Source of the DNA: Iphione sp. A-MEVVRFRX5
Taxonomy: Eukaryota
DNA length: 64,000 bases
Reading direction: 5' to 3'
Assembly (NCBI GenBank): GCA_976226885.1
Contig: OZ320313.1
Coordinates: forward strand, 145,948,001 to 146,012,000
The notes under the pieces were generated by a model, which had not been told where the DNA came from, did not search any database, and saw only the letters and a list, made by a program, of their open reading frames with translations. Of the stretch, positions 54,156 through 64,000 are shown piece after piece. Each line of letters starts with the position of its first letter. Position 1 is the stretch's first letter. Both the position numbers and the translations under genes were made by a program.

Positions 54156-55137
54156 TAAGGAGCACACAAGCAGCAGGTGCAAACGAAGGTATGGACACGT
54201 TTGCTGTAATGGCGAGAACACATTGATTGGAAGAATTTATAACAAAACACAAAACCCTCCTAGTTTCAAGGAATGTTTAATGTAACAGCGATAACTAATG
54301 TTCAGTTTCAATGGATTTCAAGATTGTAATGACCCAGAAAGAACACATTTATAGAGTTACACCTGTGTCTGAAATATTGAAAGTGTGCCTAAACTGACTG
54401 TGTATTAATGATCTGCTATTATCTGTGATCGTCACAAATAAGTGAGAGAAAAACTAACAACTCAGAATTTAGAGGTCGCACCTTGGTGAGGGAGCACTTC
54501 CATTTTGACATGATGTAAGAAATCTTTTAAACACCTCTGTAAGCACCTCATTGAACTGTTTAATTGTCCACAGTCGGCACTGCTTGTTCACGATTCTCCA
54601 CTACGACCACGTGGTTTGATGTTATAACAAAAAGATGAACAGCATCCCCATTACAACATGAATACACGACAGTACCCTAGGACATGAATACAAGAAGACC
54701 ATCGCTTTAATGCTTTAGAGATCAAATAAAATGCAAAACAGAATAACATTAGCATGCAGCAGCCCCAATCAAGAGGATTCCATGGACATAACATTTCTAG
54801 CATTCGTCTTAAACACTCCCTTACAATTCAAATAGATTTTCTTAGGCCAACATGTTTTCTTATCACCCGATTATTCCTGACAAGAAATAATCTGTCTTGC
54901 TTCGCTTGCCACTAAAACTCTCCTGATATGAGAACACGAAACCAAATAAAAAATATGTACCTTCAGACAAGCGAGTTCTCGTCTTTTTGGCTGTGTTATC
55001 TGACTTTATGTACAGCTTGTAGTTTTTGCTATTGCTACGTGAACCGAAACCTGGGCGGCCTGAAACATCACAGAACAATAACAAGTTACTATAGTATAGT
55101 ACATGTGTATTATAATATATTATAAGAGCTATGCATA

Positions 55138-55707
55138 CAGTCGAAACCTTATTTCCGACCACATTGATTTCCAACCAGATTGCTATTCCAACTGATTGAG
55201 CCGGGAACCAAATCGTTTCCTATAATAATATATAATATATGCATAAATATATTATAATTATATGTAACCAATATATTGATATATCTATTTCTGACCAATT
55301 CGATTTCCGACTGATTTCAGCCTCTAGGGCAAGTTCTATTGTATTCTAATACCTATTTGCAACCATTTTAAGTCCTGCCAGAAGTATTATTGTGACCAGC
55401 GAAGTGAGGAAAGTCTTAACCCACCAATTCACAGTCTAAAGAAAATGTGCCACTTTTGGGACTTTAACTCATCAAATTCCACACTTTTTGGACCCTCACT
55501 CGTCAAATTCACCACTTTTAGGACTCTTACTCGTGATATTCACCACATTCTGGGCATATATTTACTTGGTAGAGAGAGGACGGAAGGGAGTTTATTTCCA
55601 AACTTAACCCTCTCTACTTGTACATGTATATCGATTTCCGACCATTCTTGCTATTCAACAGATTTGAGCTCGGGCAGAGGTGGTGGTCAAAAATAGGGTT
55701 TCTACTG
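55138..55707 (+). mobile_element. Complete Tc1/mariner-type MITE without the GC minisatellite
   Basis: TA|CAGTCGAAACCTTATTTCCGACCAC ... GTGGTCAAAAATAGGGTTTCTACTG|TA, with the ~30-bp triple repeat at 55450-55550. Confidence 0.88.
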
Positions 55708-58700
55708 TATGTTGCTTTTGTGAAATACATGTGGACACATGTACATTTATACCGCAATTCTACCACACCAGTCAATGTTCCTGAAAAGTCAAAAGGATAT
55801 TTGGACGTATTTTTTCAGTGACTACATGCCAATTATGTTAAATCATTCATCTGGCGTAAAGAGTAATTACCCATAGGATAACGAGTAAATTTGAGTGATG
55901 GCAATGGCGTACATTATGCAATGCAGTGATCACCATTTAGAGACACCAGATATCTACCGGCGCACACACCAGCGGCACCCTACTGGCAAAGAGAATGACA
56001 TAGGAACTGACAGTACCGTGCGAACCTGCTGGCGTGCCACGTACCAAGCCAAGTCAAACAAATACACATTCGCTCTGCCTACCGACCATTCTCTCCCATG
56101 GCACCGCTTGGTAAGGGACGTGCATTGTATCGTGACCCGTCAGTTTACTTACTGCGCTTTGTGGCGCCATGTTGGGTGCCAGTTCCACGCTTCATGCCAA
56201 GTATGCTCCTCCTAGCGCCCAATACTTTCTATGTAGTTCTCTTTTCTTCCCATTGTGAATCTGAGAAGCTGGTCTGGCTCTGGGAAGCAACGTCCAGAAA
56301 TCTTCCAAATGCAGATAAGTCTTCTGTAAATCTCCAATACAAAAGGACGCAACGTTTGAAGCATTGTTTTAATAGATGGATCTATCATTGCTAAATAACA
56401 GTATTGTAATAAAACGCGCAGGGAAAGAGAACAAATGCGTCTCGGCGAAGAATATTTTCACCGTCCCATTACTTTGACAAGGATTCGACAAAAGTGGTGT
56501 AGTTACTTACCCCAAACCAAGCCCCAGTTAATTATTTCAATGCAGAAACCACTTCTGGAAGGCTTTCTCCGGTTTAAATTACTTGTAAGGCTGCTAGCTT
56601 TGGCTGTCATGTTAAACAGTTACCTTGGCAATGATCTTGTAATGTCAGAGATTCCATATACATGTACATGTACATGCATTTTCATTTAACATGGAGGATA
56701 CACGGGCAATGGTTGCACTTGACCTTAAGTGAATGTCCACTCTGCAGTTCAGGGCAATTGCCTACGATACCTTTTCCCGAGTCATTAACCCTTCAGCATC
56801 CTACGGTCTGTCGTGGAGACAACGGGTTTTTGGTTCTTTGAAAAACAGTCAGTCGGTCTAAACTCCGAACGCTTCCATCAATACGTGTTACATTTTGGTC
56901 TGTGGAATCTGTTGCTGACCTTTTTGGTAGACGTAATCCCAGAGGGCATGCTCTCAAGCTGTGGACTGCAAGTTCATTTGATCTGAATACACCAGGACTT
57001 CAAAATCATAAGAAGAGGCTGATACAGCAACCCCATATCAGTACATTGTATTTTGGAACTGCACTTTTGGGAATTAATTATCACCGCTCAAAATTTCCAG
57101 ACATGAGGTGCGTCAGTGTCCATCCTTAATCGTTGTACTATTTATCAGTCCTACTACACATAGTCACGGACGTGCGAGGTGCATGTACAGCATGAAAAAC
57201 ACAGAACCACGGGGCGTAATGACTGATATACATGTAGTGGAGCAGATTTGGACACGGTCGTCAACGGGTCTGAACAATCAGTCATAATAATAAACTCTTA
57301 ACCAAGCACAAAGCCTGTAATTCCTTTTCCTTTCGCTGTTTCATTTTCAGACCAAATAGACGAATGGAAGTGTCAATGTAATGGAACCATCTGGCTGAGA
57401 GTGCTATACGCTTGCTGAGGTGTGAAGCAAGTTGGCCCGGTCGAGTCGGAAGTAGAGAGCCAATAAAAGGTCGACCATGCCCTGCTCTCTCTCCTGAGTA
57501 AAAGTTGTGTGACTGGTAGGGACCAAGAGACAGGTCTCCACCCACCAGAAAATACCTCCAGCGCCAGATCCTAACAACTGAATGTACCTATAGACACTTA
57601 CGTTTCACGGAAGTAGGCACCTTTTGACCTTACCTTACTCTTTTTTACAGCTGTGCCTCCACTTTACAGGCCTTTCGTAACAACCTCCCGTGAGAGATCT
57701 CCTTATCACCCTGAACACATTGACACCGTACCGTGCACATATTCTCTGGTCAACATGTCACCAACCCCAAGATAAATCGCAAAATGTCAACATTTAGCAC
57801 AATAATAAAAAAAATATATACATGTACATCTAATATTAAAGACAAATTGTTTTTCCCAAAAGGACATTGTGGAGACTCTATATTTGAGAAGCCTTTTTCA
57901 ACTGTGGTCGCATTCAAACATACGGTTTACTGCGTGTTCGTGACAGTATTCGTCAAAGATGACTAGTGTGGTATGTGCTTAGCACGCTTGAACAAAACGT
58001 TCATATTTTATGACCGTTGGAAACCCTACAAGATCCTGACTAACAGTGGCATAAATCAAGGCAGGAACTGTCAGTTGCTGCACGGAGAGTATATGGAAAG
58101 GGAGCCTGGTTGCCAAGCACAAAGCTTCTATTTGAGTCGACCTCTGGCTGCTCCTAAGACAGCGTACAAAGGGGTGGTGTGAAAATGGTGAATGCTGTGT
58201 GTCGCCAGCGACACGTACCCAACAATCAAGTTGTTAAGCCATTTAGCCTGTGAAGCTGTTCGTTTCAGCATCAGGCGGTCGGCACGCAAAGCACGCCTCT
58301 CCGCAGTTGGGGCGTCTTCAAAACTTTTATGACGGCCGGTGCCCATTTATACACCTTGCTAAAGAAGTACATATTTTGGCTTGGTGTCCGAGTGAACCGG
58401 GGGAACCATGAGCGTGACAGCACTAAATGTAGTACGTGGTGCATACACATGGATGCCACTAATCTAGGCGTCGCTTGCTTGTCGTTGAGAGAAATAAGCG
58501 AAAATAATTATTATACAGGTGTTTTTGGTTTGAATGTGAATCATGAGAAATGACATGGTGGCCTTTGGAAAGGCTGTTTTTGCTTTCGTTTTTTTAATAA
58601 GAGGCTCAATATAGGTATACATGTGCACGTATTTAGAAAGCAGTCTGTCAGCCTTTGAAACCTATTACTATATATATGCTTCATTACTAGTCATGTTACT

Positions 58701-59277
58701 CTAACAGATTCCTGTATACGTGACTATACTTATCCAATGCCTACGAGGTAAATATATCAGCCCCCTATGTAGGTGAATGCATTTAGGATAAGCACGAAGG
58801 AATAATGAAGCCCAAAGGGTAATGAATGTTTTCTCAATCTTAAGTTCCTCTTTGTTCTTGAATAACGGAGGCCTACACCATGCAGACTGTGAGGGGGTAT
58901 CTTAAACAGAATAGTAATTGGAGGGAAAAAACCCTGATCACTTGAACATCCTGTCATGTACATATTCCTCTGTTTATACATGTATAAGTACATGTATATG
59001 CTACCGGACGGGATACAATAAATACATGTATATATGCAGTAGTCTGCATGTCTGTTGTATGTATGGTTAGACCAATTATTGTCTGTAATATTCTCTAGCC
59101 ACTCTGCTCTACATACTCATTCTATTTTACTTACAAAACAAATGAGTGTATATAATAATTATATACACAGTTGAGGCCTGCATAGGAGGCCACGCTTGGG
59201 ACTGACCAGCCTTGGTCTCTTCCATGGTTTGGTCTCATTAGACATACTGCACATAGAGGGATATGAATGATTTGCTC

Positions 59278-60145
59278 TTAGAGATCTTCATCCCTCTCCT
59301 GGTTTGGTCTTCCCTGTGATTTGGTCTTTGACAGGGTCTCCACTGTAAACATACTTTATATATATCATTACAACACCGAGGAACTTTGCTCAATGATGTA
59401 CATGTATCTGATTGGTACAGTAGGTCAAAACACTTCATCACTATGCTCTAGAGACACACCTCATTAGTATGACGAGTCAGGACATGTCTTCACTGTGGTC
59501 AGCAGTGGACACTAGTCGTTCGCTATCCGGATCCTCAGTTTTTTATTATTTTGGTCGGATAAGGGAAAATCCAGATAAAATAATGTAAAAGTAGAGAAAC
59601 ATAATGTAAAAGTAGAGATGCCAAAGTCATCTGCATATGGAAAATAATCCGGAGATTAAAACGCTGGATGACGAGGTCTGAGAATTCTTGGTCAGTATGT
59701 TCTGTGGAGATTATGCTCGATGACATGCCCAGTCAGTGACATCAATAAAAATGCCTCATACTGATATAATAGTAATGATGTACATTTAAGACACCTCAGC
59801 ACCCTACCAAATAATACTCAGTTGATACAGTCACTCCGGACTCTTCGTCACTGTCCTCGACAACAGACCCGGTCAGAAGGACTGGTAAGGACACTTCATC
59901 ACTTTACTCAGTGACATACCTGGTCAGTACAGTCAGTTGGGACAAGCTGCCACAGTGCATGGCTGGTACTCAATGCCATAGCCACGAAGATAGATCAGAC
60001 ACCTCTTCATCTTTTCATTCTGGTCATCTACCAACATAAACGTTGTATTCATATTTATGGTTAAATGTTGAAAGGGAGCAGGAAGACTCACCAGTATAGA
60101 TGAAGATACAACACCAGTAAAATACAGGATATAATCTCATTTATA
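59278..60145 (-). pseudogene. Candidate small spliced gene remnant (frameshifted secreted peptide) or non-coding transcript
   Basis: TATAAATG at 60145-60138, donor CTG|GTGAGT at 60092/60091, acceptor at 60028, and exon 60027-59920 ending CAG|GTATGT. Removing one base near 59991 gives MKRCLIFFVAMALSTSHALWQLVPTDCTDQ, which looks like a signal peptide. Confidence 0.35.
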
Positions 60146-61574
60146 AAAGGACCCAACAACCGTTATTCTCCGAGAGCCAGGTTGGTGCAAAACTCATACA
60201 CACTACCACAATGAAACAGTTCTCTGGTCTCCCCTCCAATACTGTACCACTACAATGGTTACTGAAGAAGATGAAAAATAACCATTTTACCGTTCTAGTT
60301 TTTTTCATCAAACGCGGTCAAGAATACATTGTGCCTCATTTTATTCAGTACACGCAAAAAACACACGTCATTCCACACATTACAGTGATATGTGTTTGTC
60401 CAGCTTTGACTATTTGGCTAGATATGGTTAGCACAGTGGTGTAACAGAACTTCTAGATCCATAGCGACTTCTAATATAACCATAGAATAACTCTCTCATG
60501 GCCAATGTTTCTTTTTAACTATGTTATTCTAGCCATGCATGTTTTTCTACTCCCATGATGCATTCTAGTGAAATAAAATAGGCTTTATCATAGAGAAATA
60601 TACAGCTATATCTTTTAAGGGTTAATTATTCATCCTACACAGACAAAAGCTAAAAGAGCATTTAAATACAGAATAAAGAAAATACAATCAGCTGATAAAT
60701 AAAAGTGTACAGTAATGTACGGCAAGTGCAATTGCCTGCAGGGGAGACAGTGTGAGTACAAGGTTGCTTAAACAAGGGAGCCAGCAGTCAGTATAACTGA
60801 CTAGCAAAAAGGTAAGGGATAAAGTGGAAATCTTGGAGCTGATGCACAAAATTAGCTTAAATCACTCAGACTAGCGGGAATACTTAGCTAATGGAACATG
60901 CAAGGATATATCCATGGCAGCATCTTAACATACTGACATTGATGCTTCACCCAATGAGAAGTGTTATTGATACATGTTACCATTATAGACAAGCTACATG
61001 TTGTCTAGGGCTTAAACATCATCTTGCACCCCTTAGTATTTCAAAACTGCTTCACAAAAAATGAATCGTTGCTAATATATCTTCTTTATGCGAGCCAAAC
61101 TATTGAATTCTATCTGTAATATTATATAAAGATATTTAAGCTTCACATTAACTTCAGTACTGAACATCCTTGTGCGCATATGGTTCAAATTATCACCCTC
61201 TTTGGAAGATGCAATGTGAATGGCTCAGTGAAAGCGATCAGTGAATTCATACAGCCTTACTGACAAATATAACTATGTTCCTCCTTTGCACTGAGCAGGG
61301 AAAGGGTTGGCACTGTTTACATCCATTTACAACCATCACATTTCCTCTGGACCCTGGTACACTTTATATAGTAATTCTGTGGACTCGGACTTTATCCATA
61401 TACTTTAACCATATCTTTCATATCAGGCTATATCAAGGTTGGTCTGTCCCAAAAGTTATTTAGCAAAATGTTTACTTTTTAAGAGTCAGTTTCTAACTAT
61501 GAACCAGTCCAGCCCAATTCCACTGGAAACATATGTTGATGTTTTGACAGAATGCCACAAATGTCACCATATAA

Positions 61575-62242
61575 GGCTGGGTTTCCAAGTGCATGTTATC
61601 TGCATGAGGCATGTTAGCATGCAGTATCAATGTTTCTTTTAATAGATGAATATACATGACTGTTTCCATGCACACATGTGCTGTGATGAATGTAACATGT
61701 TCATGTGCTCCATGTTTCAAAATTGGAACATATTCCATTTTCCATAGAACACATCCCATGTTTTCCATAGCAGTATGAGAAAAGTGAAGTCAAATAGATC
61801 ATGTTTTTATTATTTCCAGCATAAAGGAAGACATTACTGCACATTGGCACACATTACCACACATATCCACACATGTTCTTATTATTTTTGCCATTTTTGA
61901 GCTGGTTTTCCATAAATTTTGCTTTTTTTGGCCATGTTTCCGTGAAATGTGCCATTTTCAGCCGAGTTTCCATGAATTTTGACATTTTTCAACTGAGATT
62001 GCTTGAAATATGCCATTTTCTTTCATATTGTAGACCAGTTTGCCTGGTATCTGCTTCATTGGAGGCCAATTTGCCTTATTATTGGCTAATTTGCACATTG
62101 TTGGCACGTTTTCATGTCTGAACAACATCATGCACATGCAAACACCCTCAGCATATTTCTGGTGATTTAGTGGCTATAGGATTAATGAAACATACTATTG
62201 CAAACACGCTCCACACCCACACACATGCATGGAAACCCGACC
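61575..62242. mobile_element. PIF/Harbinger-like MITE
   Basis: TAA|GGCTGGGTTTCCAAGTGCATG ... CATGCATGGAAACCCGACC|TTA. Confidence 0.75.
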
Positions 62243-63374
62243 TTAGTGATGGATACACAGATGAAATGTGGTGTTTTATGCTTTTTAGTAACCCTGTCTG
62301 GAAACAATGGGTTTTATCGGTCCACAGCCTATTGTGACATCGTGAAAGCTCAAGCTGCATAGTGGTAGCCCTCCAGTGCAGAAGATGGCCTTAGGCCATC
62401 TTTCCATTTACATGTATTCAAAAACCCCACACACAGATCCACTGGCATGACTGCAGGAAATCCAAACCAACTAAATTTTAATGAACCCTATTTATGTGTC
62501 TATGTATTACACACCGCAGTGTTATAACTATCTCTGTGGTACAAGTTTTCCCACACCTGCATCTGTTTCTGTAATGCCTGATTGTTACATTGCATACCAA
62601 ATTAGTCTTTTGCTGCGCCTCTAGGGGTCTCTGTGTCTATCGGCTTCGTTATGTACATCTACATGCAGAAAGGCTGGCTCCAGGCTGTGCACACTTCCCG
62701 CCTTCCAGTCCTGTGTATGACAAAAATGTCAGGCAAATGGAAAGGCTGCCTTATCGTCAAAAGGTTTCATTCAGGCATGTGTCAATTTTTCCTGACCTTC
62801 ACTGACCATATATACCTTTATTTTAGATCTGGCCATATGGAGTGTTCCCACTTTATCATAGCCTTTTCCAACAAAAACCAAGATGTATTATTAAAGTGGT
62901 TCTAATGGAAGGTGTCTTTCGGCAAGAGGCGTTTCTGTACGAGTAAGCATGAAATGGCTAATTTACTATTGAAAATGGCCTTTAAGAACAGGATCTGTTG
63001 ACTATAACGTTTCGTGTGCCTTATCAAAAATTAGCTTGGAATGTATCATAACGTTAAAAATGTCACATATATTTTGCGACAATAAACAAATGACATGTCA
63101 CATATAGGTGTAATATTAGGCAATTTTTTTCTTCGTTGCACGTGGAAGTAACTCCATGAAGTGTTGCGTTGGTGACCTCCCTCATCACACATAGAAATGC
63201 CGTTGAAATTTAAAGCACTCCACCAACCAGTGAAGTGGGAACACTTTCAATAGCCCCTTAATGTTGTACTGTTGCTGTCACCATCATACCCCGGTCGTTG
63301 TTAATCCATTTTACCACTCCGCTGCCTCTTATATTATTAAAAGAGAACTTAAGCAAACGACGCACTTGCTCAGC

Positions 63375-63470
63375 GTTCCGTGACGACGTCCCTGCGTGAC
63401 AAGGTCACGTGACGTCGGTCGAAAGGGTCGGCAGACGACATTTAACCGATCGAGGGGCGGAGGCGTTTCC
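63375..63470. promoter_or_regulatory. Promoter-like motif cluster
   Basis: GTCACGTGAC at 63404-63413 overlapping TGACGT, GCAGACGACAT at 63431 and GGGGCGG near 63453. Confidence 0.5.
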
Positions 63471-64000
63471 CGCCTTGTACGACCTACACTGAGTCAACAT
63501 TTGCTTGGCCTCCTGATGGCTGTATCCACAGGCAGAATGGCTGTTTGCTCAACACCTCACCCCCACCTGTCATCCACCCTGATAGATGAGGTGATTTACG
63601 CACAGAGGGTGCGACCAGAAACGACGGGGGGAAGTCTCTTTAATGCGCCTGTGGGGAGCAATTGAATAGACTGGAAAATAAACAAACGCAGTCCCCCATT
63701 TCAAACGCATTCGACGACAACAGATATTTCATTAAATCGTTCGCAATATACATTGTATTTGTGTATATGTATTCAATATGACGTCTTGAAATTGCAAAAT
63801 GCTCCTCCCATCCTCTCACCCAAATTCAGCCAGTATGAGTTCTATGACATGAGGCCTTTTTTTTTATACGACACTTATTCAGTAAGCTTACTTTATATTT
63901 AACAAATCCTGACTCACTTCCACATCATCATTCTAACAGCTTTCTCTTTTAGTAGATGTTTCGAGGCTCGAGTATGGAAATGACTAAAAACGTGCCACAG

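Noticed and set aside
940-56170. Frequent GGCGCC as BMP/Smad1-5 response elements
   Set aside because: I found no GRCGNC-N5-GTCT composite by eye, and the hexamer is expected in GC-rich islands.
1876-58214. Recurrent TGTCGCC heptamer, including the hairpin GTGTCGC-CA-GCGACAC at 58199
   Set aside because: About 15 hits against about 8 expected for a 7-mer, which is not convincing without a background model.
59700-59920. Frame with several in-frame TGA codons among cysteines (multi-selenocysteine idea)
   Set aside because: The TGAs are largely explained by xxT-GAx acidic codons in the neighbouring frame. There is no intact start in that frame and I identified no SECIS.
575-63665. The ORFs in the supplied six-frame track
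   Set aside because: All are under 200 aa with no recognisable domain. The longer ones coincide with GC-rich islands (few stops) or simple repeats and overlap in several frames.
1-64000. tRNA/SINE boxes, conserved miRNAs (miR-10, let-7, miR-124, miR-9, miR-1), snRNAs and CRISPR arrays
   Set aside because: No paired A/B boxes, mature miRNA matches or repeat-spacer structure were seen. The 41-kb array has near-identical units, not unique spacers.

Overview
This is eukaryotic, essentially non-coding DNA. None of the track ORFs (longest 196 aa) resembles a protein family I recognise, and I found no tRNA, rRNA or CRISPR array. The abundant TACATGTA octamer, the MITE types and the CpG-rich islands in an AT-rich background fit an invertebrate deuterostome such as amphioxus (Branchiostoma); this is inference. 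Three layers are visible. (1) About 15 short non-autonomous DNA transposons or fragments: PIF/Harbinger-like with TAA/TTA target sites and Tc1/mariner-like with TA target sites, one carrying a two-variant minisatellite. (2) Roughly 30-35 CpG-rich islands of 0.2-1.5 kb packed with promoter/enhancer motifs (CTCF, ETS, YY1, NRF1, USF/TFEB E-box, CRE, CCAAT) and a recurrent unassigned motif GCAGACGACAT, resembling a cis-regulatory gene desert or giant intron. (3) A few candidate short exons, the best being a small minus-strand spliced unit at 59.3-60.1 kb that is either a frameshifted secreted-peptide gene or a non-coding host transcript. No novel system is demonstrated. Motif-based calls are hypotheses, and coordinates were read by eye.
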